Shown piece by piece: positions 9,227 to 18,216 of a stretch of DNA of 64,000 nucleotides; within the stretch, counting starts at the first letter, position 1; the number at the start of each line of letters is the position of its first letter. A program made the translations under genes and the position numbers. The notes below the pieces were generated by a model. The model did not search any database. It saw only the letters and a list, made by a program, of their open reading frames with translations, and was not told the DNA's origin. This DNA comes from Parcubacteria group bacterium. GTDB taxonomy: Bacteria; Patescibacteriota; Microgenomatia; UBA1400; PJMF01. The stretch covers positions 97,702 through 161,701 of the forward strand of contig CALQZX010000001.1 in NCBI GenBank assembly GCA_943350175.1, given 5' to 3'.

Positions 9227-9679
9227 ATGAGGAAGTCTGCTGTCTTTATTCTAATTTTTACGGTAATTGTTTTATTTTACTTTTATTCATATAGCGGTAA
9301 CAAAGCGAGCCAAGGCAAAGCCTCTTCCAATTCTTACCCGACTCCATTTCAAAATAATAAGCCATCAAATGCCGTGGCAAAACCAACGGTGACCGGAACC
9401 TCTACGAGAGTCGTGTCGCCTATTGCTGTCACCGCGACTCCAGCTAGCGGCAATGGCAAAATGACTATGAGCGATGTTTCCAGCCATAATAAAAGAAATG
9501 ATTGTTATTTGGTTATCAAAAATAATGTCTATGACGTTTCTAGCTATATTTCTAATCATCCTGGCGGACAAGGAAAGATTATTAGCAACTGTGGCCAAGA
9601 AGTAACTGGTATTTTTGCTGATATTCACTCTAATTTTGCTTGGGATTTATTAAAAAATTATAAAATTGGCCAAATTTAA
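9227..9679 (+). CDS. Membrane-anchored cytochrome b5-like heme-binding domain protein
   Basis: 150 aa. N-terminal TM helix, Ser/Thr/Pro-rich linker, then cyt-b5 motif ...CYLVIKNNVYDVSSYISNHPGG.... Confidence 0.7.
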   Translation: MRKSAVFILIFTVIVLFYFYSYSGNKASQGKASSNSYPTPFQNNKPSNAVAKPTVTGTSTRVVSPIAVTATPASGNGKMTMSDVSSHNKRNDCYLVIKNNVYDVSSYISNHPGGQGKIISNCGQEVTGIFADIHSNFAWDLLKNYKIGQI

Positions 9680-10946
9680 TATGTATCTTTTTCTAGCCAT
9701 TTTTTTCTCGACATTGCCTTTTCTTTGGTTGTTTACGCAAGTTTCAATTATGGGTAGTTTTACGGCTGCTTTTGCCAATATTGCTGGTTTAGTTGGTGTC
9801 GTTCTAATGATGTGGCAAATAATTTTGGGCAATCGTTTTATTGTCAGAAATTTGACCAGAGATTATGTTTCCATGATCAAGTTGCATATCTTTTTAGGGA
9901 TTTATAGTCTGTTTTTGGTATTAGCTCACCCATTTTTAGAAATGATTTCCTATGGTAAAACTTTTACTTTCTTGCTGATTCCAGATCTTAGTTCTGAGCT
10001 AGGAAGTCATGTGGCCTTGGGTATCGTGGCAATTTATCTTTACTTATTTGTTTGGCTCAGTAGTGCTTTAACGAGAGACAAAATTTCTTACAGAATCTGG
10101 CGCTATTTGCATTATTTAGCCTACCCGATGCTGTTCTTTGCCTTTATTCACGCTGTAGAAATAGGAACTTTCCTAAGTAGTTTCATTTTGCTCAAAGCCT
10201 ATTTCATAATCTTGATGGTCGGTTTCGCGGCTGCTGTGCTCTACAGATTTAGCCAATTACTTGATGTTGGTAAATTTCCCTATGTTTTGTCTAGTAAAAA
10301 ACAAAGTAGCACTGGCGTAACAGCTTACACTTTTCGACCGATGGCTATTTCTTTAACTCCGAAAATCGGCCAATTCTTTTTTATTAAGCCAAGTGTTTTT
10401 GCTGAGAGTCATCCTTTTACGGTCATGAATTTTGTCGAGGAAAGTGGTGAATTAACTTTTGGGATTAAAGCTGTCGGTAAATTTACCAATCAACTAGAAG
10501 GCATCAGCGTTGGTCAAACTGTTTTTCTTGATGGACCATATGGGGTTTTTACCAGTGAAGCGCATAATAATAAGCCCAAGGTGATTATTGCTGGTGGCAT
10601 CGGCATCACGCCTTTTGTGGAGCTGGTTAGCCGCTTTGGTGACCAAAATACCAAGCTTTTCTACGCTAATAAATACCTCAAAGAAGCTGTTTCTCGTGAG
10701 CAATTTAAGGCGCAACTTGGAGCTAATTATTTTGATGTGATCTCTAGAGAAGAGATCAAAACAGAGACCGTAATTCAAGGAAGATTAAATGAACAGGTTT
10801 TTACGCAAAATCTAACTGCAGACTTTATCAAGCAGGCCAATTTTTTCATTTGTGGAAGCCCAGGTTTTATGGGTGGCGTATTAATGAGTTTGCATAAACT
10901 CGGCATCGATAAAAAAAGAATCTTTACTGAGGAGTTTTCTTTTTAG
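9666..10946 (+). CDS. Ferric-reductase-like transmembrane domain fused to FAD/NAD(P)-binding (FNR-like) oxidoreductase
   Basis: 426 aa. N-terminal ~200 aa polytopic with conserved His in helices (FRE/NOX-like). C-terminal HPFTV (FAD), GPYG and IAGGIGITPF (NAD) motifs. Confidence 0.7.
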   Translation: MAKFNMYLFLAIFFSTLPFLWLFTQVSIMGSFTAAFANIAGLVGVVLMMWQIILGNRFIVRNLTRDYVSMIKLHIFLGIYSLFLVLAHPFLEMISYGKTFTFLLIPDLSSELGSHVALGIVAIYLYLFVWLSSALTRDKISYRIWRYLHYLAYPMLFFAFIHAVEIGTFLSSFILLKAYFIILMVGFAAAVLYRFSQLLDVGKFPYVLSSKKQSSTGVTAYTFRPMAISLTPKIGQFFFIKPSVFAESHPFTVMNFVEESGELTFGIKAVGKFTNQLEGISVGQTVFLDGPYGVFTSEAHNNKPKVIIAGGIGITPFVELVSRFGDQNTKLFYANKYLKEAVSREQFKAQLGANYFDVISREEIKTETVIQGRLNEQVFTQNLTADFIKQANFFICGSPGFMGGVLMSLHKLGIDKKRIFTEEFSF

Positions 10947-10955
10947 GAAGAAACA

Positions 10956-11969
10956 TTAATCTTTTAGGTATCTTTTCCAGGTAGAGAAAACTGTGCGAGC
11001 TACGATGAAGATAGGTACAGCTAATAGTGCGCCAATCACTCCAAATAATTCTGCTCCGATTAAAATACCAAGAATGGAAACTAGTGGATTGATATCCACA
11101 TTAGTCTTCATAATTTTTGGCACAATTAAGTTGTTTTCTAATTGTTGAATGATCAAATAAAGCACGGCAGTAGTCATTGCTCCTGGCCAACCAAAGGTCA
11201 AGAAGGCAACGGCGATGGCAGGAATAGCTGAGAAAATTGGTCCGATGTTTGGCACGATTTCGAGAATGCCAGCAATAATTGCCAACGGCAAAGCATAAGG
11301 TATTTTGAGAACGATTAATCCCAAGAAGGTCATCAGGCCAATGGCAGACATGAGAATAATCTCGCCTCTAATCCAGTTGCCGAGCTGATTGTCTACTTCA
11401 TGAAAAAAGCTTTTGATGGCTTCTTCTTTGCCGTGATCTAGAAGTTTAGCTAGGTCTTTGATTAATCTTGGTTTTTCAAGAGAGAAATATAGAGAAACCA
11501 CCATTGTAGTGATAGCGACAAAAGCACCTGAAAAAGTAGTGCTAATAATGGTAAAAGCAGTGTTGACTGAAGTGCCGAAAGTATCAAGTAAACCCTTGAT
11601 ACTACTGAAATTAACTTCAAAATTTTCTAATTCACTTTGGAAAACTGATGGCAGCTGAGCATTTGTAAATAAATTGGAGATTTCTTTTATAAGTGGCGGG
11701 AAAATAAAAGCCAGGAAAAGTGAAATTGTCGAGATAAACAAAGAATAGACAATCAACACTCCAAAAATTCTGTGAAGTTTAAATTTGCTTTCTAATTTAT
11801 CAATACCTTTATTGAGGCCAACGCTAATAATATAAGAAATAAAAGTCATGAAAATAATGGCTTGAATTTGCATAGCCAACCAGATGGAAGCGATGAATAG
11901 AAAAGTGAAGATTACAATCGAAGGAGAAATTTTAACTAAAAGTTCGCTTTTGGATGATGTATCTGACAT
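10956..11969 (-). CDS. AI-2E family transporter (PerM/UPF0118)
   Basis: 337 aa polytopic, with characteristic GNWIRGEIILMSAIGL...IPYALPLAIIAGILEIVPNIGPIFSAIP region. Confidence 0.8.
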   Translation of the reverse strand: MSDTSSKSELLVKISPSIVIFTFLFIASIWLAMQIQAIIFMTFISYIISVGLNKGIDKLESKFKLHRIFGVLIVYSLFISTISLFLAFIFPPLIKEISNLFTNAQLPSVFQSELENFEVNFSSIKGLLDTFGTSVNTAFTIISTTFSGAFVAITTMVVSLYFSLEKPRLIKDLAKLLDHGKEEAIKSFFHEVDNQLGNWIRGEIILMSAIGLMTFLGLIVLKIPYALPLAIIAGILEIVPNIGPIFSAIPAIAVAFLTFGWPGAMTTAVLYLIIQQLENNLIVPKIMKTNVDINPLVSILGILIGAELFGVIGALLAVPIFIVARTVFSTWKRYLKD

Positions 11970-11990
11970 AGCTTAAATATAACAGGCCTC

Positions 11991-12935
11991 TCAAAATTTT
12001 TCTGCAGCAATTTTTATTAGGTTGGTTCTTTTTTTCCACCAAGTGTCTTGCCTCTTTGCGTATTGGATTTCGGCTGTTTGCCATAGATTTAGACATTCTT
12101 GCTCATTAATTTCACCAGTAATGAACTTCTGCAATTCTGTAAAACCGGTGCTGGAGAAAGCTGACCAGTCACTTTTAATATTCTTGCTGAACGCCAGCTG
12201 TTTCTGGACTTCTTCTTTGGCCAAAGCAAAACGATCCAAAACTCTTTGACGAATTTTCTGCTCACGAAGGTCTTTCGGCATTTGCAAATAGAAAATTGGT
12301 AAGCTATTTTTGCTCTGAGTAATTATTTTAGAATAGGACAAAGCTATTTCGATGGCTCTAATTAGGCGACGTGGATTGTTGACGTCGGAATTATTCATTT
12401 TTTCTAATTTGGCTTGGTCTAATTTTTGCAGTTCTTTTTTGAGTTCTTCTATGCTTAGCTTATCCAGACGTTCACGTAGCTCTTTGTTCTGAGGAACAAT
12501 GATGGTTTCGGCAGTTTGCAGAATTTGTTGTTGGTAAAAGCCTGTGCCACCGACCACGATTAAGAAATCTTCTTTGCCTAGGTTTTCCTTGACATTCTCA
12601 AATAGTTTTTTGAAATGTGCCACCGACCACTCCTCTTTCGGACTGATGATAGAGACGCCGTGTAGGAAAATATTTTTGGCAGAATTTTGGAAAAAAGGAT
12701 GGTTTAATTTTTCGCTTTTGGCGGCCACAAAATCACTTGGCAAATCAGCGCCAGTTAGATTTTCTAAACCACAGTAAACTTGTCTAGAGTCAGCGGAAAG
12801 TAAATGGACTTTTTGGAATCGTTTCTCGCTAATCAAGGTAGCAGCTAAATCAAGGGCAAAGGCAGTCTTGCCTGTCGCGGTGGCTCCGACTATTGAGACT
12901 ATTTGATTTTCTTTGATATATTTTGATATGTTCAT
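11991..12935 (-). CDS. miaA: tRNA dimethylallyltransferase
   Basis: 314 aa. P-loop IVGATATGKT at the N-terminus and MiaA-like downstream motifs. Adjacent to miaB. Confidence 0.85.
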   Translation of the reverse strand: MNISKYIKENQIVSIVGATATGKTAFALDLAATLISEKRFQKVHLLSADSRQVYCGLENLTGADLPSDFVAAKSEKLNHPFFQNSAKNIFLHGVSIISPKEEWSVAHFKKLFENVKENLGKEDFLIVVGGTGFYQQQILQTAETIIVPQNKELRERLDKLSIEELKKELQKLDQAKLEKMNNSDVNNPRRLIRAIEIALSYSKIITQSKNSLPIFYLQMPKDLREQKIRQRVLDRFALAKEEVQKQLAFSKNIKSDWSAFSSTGFTELQKFITGEINEQECLNLWQTAEIQYAKRQDTWWKKRTNLIKIAAEKF

Positions 12936-13027
12936 TTTTGTTAAATTTAAGCTTGATGTATCAGTTAAAAATTTTAAGAGCTCAAATTAGCAGAATCATC
13001 TCTTGTCTGCTAAAAAGCAGTGCCAGG

Positions 13028-14182
13028 CTAAACGACTTTTGGTCGCTCTTGCAAATGATCTTTGTTAATAATTTGGTCCAGAGCATCCCAGCGAGCTTTT
13101 TTAACGACATATGGCACATCATCTTTGTAAATTTTCTCAGACATAGTGCCAGGGCGAGGTGAATAAATGTTGACGAAGCCGACGTGCCAGTTGGCCTCTT
13201 TCGCAAGCTCCAAAGTATCGGCAAATTCTTCATCGGTTTCCCCAGGAAAGCCAACAATGATGTCAGTGCCGAGGGTAATGTCTTTGACTTTTGCGCGTAA
13301 TTTTCTGACGACTTCCAAATAGTCTTCACGAGTGTAGCCACGGTTCATGCGGTGCAGAACACTGTTGCTGCCCGACTGAACGGGGAGGTGAACGAAGCGA
13401 TCGATTTTTGGGTTGCGAGCAATTTCTTCAATTAGTTCATCATGGAAATCCCATGGATTGCTACTAATGAAACGAATGATTTTAATGTTTTCAAAACGGC
13501 TAACAGCCTGCAACAATTCCACAAAAGGTGGAGTGCCTTCAACATTTAAATATTGTGATTGATTGCTTGGCAAGTCTTCTCTTTTGAGATCGCCACGCAA
13601 CATCATTTTGCGGGAACTAATACCCATTTTTTCCAAACCCCAGGAATTGACGTTCTGACCAATCAAAGTAATTTCGGTGTAGCCATCTTTGGCGAGTTGG
13701 GCGACTTCTTCCAAAATGTCCTCCTTACTGCGAGAGGCTTCACGGCCACGGGCAAAAGGCACAATACAAAAAGTACAAAAAGAATTGCAGCCAGTCGAAA
13801 TTGGGACGAAGGCGTGATTTTTATCTTTGCGGACCGCTCTTTTGGCGAAAGCCATTTTATTAGTTGGCATGAATTCATCGACCATAGGCAACATTTTGTG
13901 CAAACGCTCCACTCCGTGATGTAGCATGCAGCCAGAAAAAACTACTCTTGGAGCAATTCTCTCTTCTTCTTGAAAATAGCTTTGGATTTTGTGTAAAAAA
14001 GCGCGGACACGATCCTCAGCTCTTTTTCTAATACTACAAGTAACCAGAATTAGTTCATCGCAAGTTTGCCAATCCTTTGCCTCCACGAAGCCGTTGTCTA
14101 GGTACATCGCAGCTAGGCGTTCAGCATCGCTTTTATTGGCTTGGCAGCCGTAGATTTGGATAAAGAATGTTTTTGCGGACAT
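13028..14182 (-). CDS. miaB: tRNA methylthiotransferase (radical SAM, MiaB-like; possibly lacking TRAM domain)
   Basis: Start taken at MSAKTFFIQIYGCQANKSDAE (MTTase N-domain). Radical-SAM CxxxCxxC (CNSFCTFC). The ORF-track 5' extension to 14356 is probably non-coding. Confidence 0.75.
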   Translation of the reverse strand: MSAKTFFIQIYGCQANKSDAERLAAMYLDNGFVEAKDWQTCDELILVTCSIRKRAEDRVRAFLHKIQSYFQEEERIAPRVVFSGCMLHHGVERLHKMLPMVDEFMPTNKMAFAKRAVRKDKNHAFVPISTGCNSFCTFCIVPFARGREASRSKEDILEEVAQLAKDGYTEITLIGQNVNSWGLEKMGISSRKMMLRGDLKREDLPSNQSQYLNVEGTPPFVELLQAVSRFENIKIIRFISSNPWDFHDELIEEIARNPKIDRFVHLPVQSGSNSVLHRMNRGYTREDYLEVVRKLRAKVKDITLGTDIIVGFPGETDEEFADTLELAKEANWHVGFVNIYSPRPGTMSEKIYKDDVPYVVKKARWDALDQIINKDHLQERPKVV

Positions 14183-14266
14183 GACAGGGGTATTGTAACA
14201 TTTTGTAACTGGTTTTATGGTCGAAAACACAAAGCAAAAACACAAATTGTGTTTTAGAATAGGAAT

Positions 14267-14695
14267 ATGACGATTAACTATTTTTTCACTGATAATCCAA
14301 ACATAATTAAACAAGCTTATGCCTTGCGCAAACTGGTTTTTGTGCAAGAACAACAAGTTCCAGAAGAAATGGAGTTAGATGAATTTGATGCAACTGCTTT
14401 GCATGGTGTGGCGCAAATGGATGGCAAGGTCGTTGGAGTTTTACGTTTATTAGTTGAAGGCAACAAAGGTCATTTGGGTCGTTTGGCAGTAAGTAAAGAA
14501 TTACGTGGTCAAGGGATTGGTCAACAGCTGGTGATCCTAACTGAAGCAAAAGCCAAAGAATTGAATTTAGCAGAAATCTACTTTCATGCTCAAACTCACG
14601 CTATGTCTTTTTATGAAAAATTAGGCTATGAGACCAGAGGTGAGGTTTTTTCTGAGGCGGGCATCGAACACATCGAAATGTATAAAGATTTGTAA
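14267..14695 (+). CDS. GNAT family N-acetyltransferase
   Basis: 142 aa. Acetyl-CoA-binding motif RGQGIGQQLV. Confidence 0.75.
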   Translation: MTINYFFTDNPNIIKQAYALRKLVFVQEQQVPEEMELDEFDATALHGVAQMDGKVVGVLRLLVEGNKGHLGRLAVSKELRGQGIGQQLVILTEAKAKELNLAEIYFHAQTHAMSFYEKLGYETRGEVFSEAGIEHIEMYKDL

Positions 14696-14745
14696 ACTAG
14701 ACTTCTTTTCCATCAAAAATCTATTAGAATACAATATAAATATTA

Positions 14746-14818
14746 GGCGCGATACCAGAGTGGTCCATGGCGAGGTCTGCAAAACCTTCGTTCGCGGGTT
14801 CGAATCCCGCTCGCGCCT
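14746..14818 (+). tRNA. tRNA-Cys (anticodon GCA)
   Basis: GGCGCGATACCAGAGTGGTCCATGGCG, anticodon arm GAGGT-CTGCAAA-ACCTT, T-arm GGGTTCGAATCCC, acceptor TCGCGCC with discriminator U. Confidence 0.85.
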
Positions 14819-14836
14819 CAAGAAATAAGTTCAACT

Positions 14837-15631
14837 ATGATCGAGTTGTCAACAAAAACCACTTTGATGAAAGATGGAGATTTTGGAGCTAGTTTTGAGC
14901 TCAATGAAATTCAGCACGCCTACGATATTAATTTTGCCATGGATGTCGCTAGATTAGCGTCAACAGAAGAAAAAGACCTACAAATTGTTGATTTTGGTTG
15001 TGGAAATGGTGACAAGATAAGTGGTTTATTGTCAAAAATGGCAGGGGGGGGCGAAGTAGAGGTTCATTATCTAGGAGCAGATATAGATGAAAAAAATGTA
15101 GTTGTTGCGAGAGACAGAGTTGGCAAGGAGAAGGGTGTCAAATCTTCGGAAGTTTTTCAAATAGATTTAAAAGATTTGCACAATCTACAAGCACTAATTT
15201 TAAACAGGCTCGACGCTTCTAGAATCAATGTTTATTTTTTTGATAATTCTCTTCATTTTTTAGATCCAAATTCTATTAATGAACTACTAAAAATTTGTTG
15301 CAAATTTGCACCTCCACAGACGCAAGTATTGGCAACAGTGTGTTCTATTTGGAACAAAACTTCGATAGGAGATGTGGGCAATAAAAATCAACTCTACCGT
15401 ATAAGGGAAACTCTATTGGCCACGGAGCATGATCAGTCAGAAATTTTATGGAGAGAGTCAGATGAAATTGAACATAAAGTTTCAATGTCTCATTTCACTA
15501 GAGAAGCTATGATAAATGTATTTTCTAAGGCTGGTTTTGTTGTGCAAGATTGTGTTTGGTGGAACAATGTGATTTACCCAAATGGAATTAGTGGTTTAAA
15601 AGAAAATATAAAATTAAGAGCAACTAAGTAG
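14837..15631 (+). CDS. Class I SAM-dependent methyltransferase
   Basis: 264 aa. Motif I VDFGCGNGDK. Contains an 8-G homopolymer at 15044..15051. Confidence 0.7.
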   Translation: MIELSTKTTLMKDGDFGASFELNEIQHAYDINFAMDVARLASTEEKDLQIVDFGCGNGDKISGLLSKMAGGGEVEVHYLGADIDEKNVVVARDRVGKEKGVKSSEVFQIDLKDLHNLQALILNRLDASRINVYFFDNSLHFLDPNSINELLKICCKFAPPQTQVLATVCSIWNKTSIGDVGNKNQLYRIRETLLATEHDQSEILWRESDEIEHKVSMSHFTREAMINVFSKAGFVVQDCVWWNNVIYPNGISGLKENIKLRATK

Positions 15632-15640
15632 AATTCAATT

Positions 15641-16069
15641 TTATTGAATTACTTTTATCTTATGGCTTAGCATTACGCCGTAAGTAAAAGCATCGTCAGC
15701 TAAAAATTCTTTTTTGTAAATTGTTTTTGAATCGATAATTGTAAAGAGATTGGCGATTTTTTCTAGCAAATTTTTTATTTTTTCTGACAGTTCTCTCTCT
15801 TTCAACACTTGTAAAGCTTCATTTAATTTTCCTGCAAATTGCTCGACTCGCTTCTGTTTATCTTGCAGTGCAAAATTACCAACCCTAGATAAATCAGTGG
15901 TCATATCCAATAAAATGGCTTTGGTACTTAAATTTTCCATGGTTCTCATAGTAGAATTAACATCGAGAGTAGTATAAACTTCTTCCGATAAATAAGCTCT
16001 TAATTTAGCAAATTGTAAATAATTATAAAAAAATGCACCGAGTGTGCAAAATAAATATAGAAAGGTCAT
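15641..16069 (-). CDS. Hypothetical protein (N-terminal TM helix)
   Basis: ORF of ~140-150 aa divergent from eno. No motif recognised. Confidence 0.35.
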   Translation of the reverse strand: MTFLYLFCTLGAFFYNYLQFAKLRAYLSEEVYTTLDVNSTMRTMENLSTKAILLDMTTDLSRVGNFALQDKQKRVEQFAGKLNEALQVLKERELSEKIKNLLEKIANLFTIIDSKTIYKKEFLADDAFTYGVMLSHKIKVIQ

Positions 16070-16073
16070 ACCT

Positions 16074-17360
16074 ATGACTATCAAATCTATCAACGCTCAA
16101 GAAATTTTGGATTCTCGTGGCAATCCAACCGTCGCCGTAGTTCTACGTTTAGCTGATGGCACAGAAGTTTTCTCTGCTGTTCCTTCTGGTGCTTCAACTG
16201 GTATTTATGAAGCTTTGGAATTACGCGACGAGGACAATGGTCGCTATCTTGGCAAAGGCGTTTTGAAAGCCGTCGCCAATATCAACGATGTCATCGCTCC
16301 AAAATTAGTTGGCATGGACGTGACCAAACAAGCTGAAATTGATCAAATGATGCTCGATTTAGACGGCACCAAAGGCAAAAGCAAATTAGGTGCTAATGCT
16401 ATTTTGGCTATTTCGATGGCTTGTGTCAAAGCTGCTGCTCTATCCAAGAAAATGCCTCTTTATGCTTACATTGCCGAGTTATTTGGCAATAGTACAGAAG
16501 AATTCACCATGCCTATCCCAATGTCCAACGTTCTAAACGGTGGCAAACACGCCTTGGGTGGTGCAGATATGCAAGAATTCATGATTTTCCCAGTTGGTGC
16601 TCCTTCTATCGTTGAAGCTGTGCGCTGGAATGCTGAAATCTTCCATAACTTGGGTAAATTGCTCAAGAAAAGAGGTTTTCAACAAACTGTCGGCGATGAG
16701 GGTGGTTACGCTCCAAAACTAGACTCTAACGAAGCTCCTTTAGATTTGATTCTTGAAGCAATTGCTGCTGCTGGCTACAAAGCTGGTGAACAAATTTGTA
16801 TCGCTCTTGATCCAGCTTCTAGTGAATTCTACGCCGACGGTCTTTATGATCTGAAGATGGAAGGCAGAAAACTCAACAGCCAAGAAATGGTCGAGCTCTA
16901 TAAAGTTTGGACTCAAAAATATCCAATTGTTTCTATTGAAGATGGCTTGTCTCAAGATGATTGGGATGGTTTCGCGATGATGGAAAAAGAAATTGGTAGT
17001 AAAGTCCAAATTATGGGCGATGATCTTTTCGTCACCAATCCAGAGAGAATTCAAACTGGTATCGAGAAAAATGCTGCTAATTCAGTTTTAATCAAATTAA
17101 ATCAGATCGGTAGTGTTTCAGAAACCATTGCTGCCATCAAATTAGCTCAAAGTGCTGGTTGGACCTGTATCGTTTCTCATCGTTCTGGTGAAACTGAAGA
17201 TGCCTTCATTGCCGACTTCGTCGTCGGTGCTGGCACTGGTCAAATCAAAACTGGTTCGATGTGTCGCTCTGAGCGCGTTGCTAAATATAACCGTTTGATG
17301 ATGATTGAGCGTGAATTGGGAAGTAAAGCCAAGATGGCTTCATTTCCATATAAACGCTAA
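16074..17360 (+). CDS. eno: Enolase (phosphopyruvate hydratase)
   Basis: Start at MTIKSINAQEILDSRGNPTV. Canonical SHRSGETED...KTGS.CRSER motifs. Confidence 0.9.
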   Translation: MTIKSINAQEILDSRGNPTVAVVLRLADGTEVFSAVPSGASTGIYEALELRDEDNGRYLGKGVLKAVANINDVIAPKLVGMDVTKQAEIDQMMLDLDGTKGKSKLGANAILAISMACVKAAALSKKMPLYAYIAELFGNSTEEFTMPIPMSNVLNGGKHALGGADMQEFMIFPVGAPSIVEAVRWNAEIFHNLGKLLKKRGFQQTVGDEGGYAPKLDSNEAPLDLILEAIAAAGYKAGEQICIALDPASSEFYADGLYDLKMEGRKLNSQEMVELYKVWTQKYPIVSIEDGLSQDDWDGFAMMEKEIGSKVQIMGDDLFVTNPERIQTGIEKNAANSVLIKLNQIGSVSETIAAIKLAQSAGWTCIVSHRSGETEDAFIADFVVGAGTGQIKTGSMCRSERVAKYNRLMMIERELGSKAKMASFPYKR

Positions 17361-17415
17361 AATTAGAGCGGTACGTCAACAAGCTAATAAGAATAATAAT
17401 GGGTAAAGTATTGTT

Positions 17416-18195
17416 ATGATTGATGCTGATTCTAAAAGAGAAAATAGCTATCGTCTTTGTCAAATACCAGAGGAAGATGAAATATCAGAGTATCAAAAGG
17501 AGAACTTTGATCAATTTTTTGATCCAGATCTTTTAGAAGACGAGTTGAAGGATTGGAAAGATATTATTATCATCGATAGGCCTGAAGACGGAAAATCTGA
17601 TGAAGAAATTGGGTTTCTTTACGAACAGAACATAACGCGAGCCGTAGAATTTATCACCAAAGAACTTCTTCTTATTTTGGTTGAGTTGAGAATGTTGCCA
17701 AATTCTGATCCGCTTATGAATCTGTTTGATCTTGGCATGCTGTTTGTTAACCTTAAAAAATTTGTCGATGAGGATCAAGCTGGAGATTCTATAACTGACG
17801 ATGATGGTGTCACCATAATTAACTTGTCAACGGATTGCATTCTACCTCTACTCACTTTGACTCAGGAAGATCCTTTATTTCATAAAACCAAAGCATCAAT
17901 TGTTAGAACGCTGTCGCATGAACTTTTTCATAGATATCTTGATGAACGCTATAAAGTTGCCGCAGCAAAAACTGAGGCTGCAAGCAAGGATCCAGAAAAA
18001 GATTTCGCAGCTTTCACGAAATACCTAAAGGATAGGGGTGAAATTGCGGCAAATTTGTATGAAGTTAAGCATTTGTGTGAGCGGGCTAAACAGATAAAAA
18101 ATAGTGATGCAAATCTATCATTAGCGCTTAATCAGGAGGCTGAACTTAGTCGAGAAGAAGCTGAATTCCGTACTAATGCAAAGATTAATAATTAA
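17416..18195 (+). CDS. Hypothetical acidic protein with HExxH motif (possible metallopeptidase)
   Basis: 259 aa, Asp/Glu-rich. TLSHELFHRYLDERY contains HELFH. Confidence 0.4.
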   Translation: MIDADSKRENSYRLCQIPEEDEISEYQKENFDQFFDPDLLEDELKDWKDIIIIDRPEDGKSDEEIGFLYEQNITRAVEFITKELLLILVELRMLPNSDPLMNLFDLGMLFVNLKKFVDEDQAGDSITDDDGVTIINLSTDCILPLLTLTQEDPLFHKTKASIVRTLSHELFHRYLDERYKVAAAKTEAASKDPEKDFAAFTKYLKDRGEIAANLYEVKHLCERAKQIKNSDANLSLALNQEAELSREEAEFRTNAKINN

Positions 18196-18216
18196 ATGTT
18201 AAATATCTAAAAAAAG

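Noticed and set aside
13028-14356. ORF-track 442-aa version of the MiaB-like gene starting at 14356
   Set aside because: The family N-terminus (MSAKTFFIQIYGCQ) begins at the internal ATG at 14182. The upstream 58 codons are hydrophobic or low-complexity and would extend into the divergent GNAT promoter region. Similar ORF-track N-terminal extensions were trimmed for zur (48405 to 48156), eno (16044 to 16074), the CaCA antiporter (48125 to 48257), the XRE genes and the Panacea gene.
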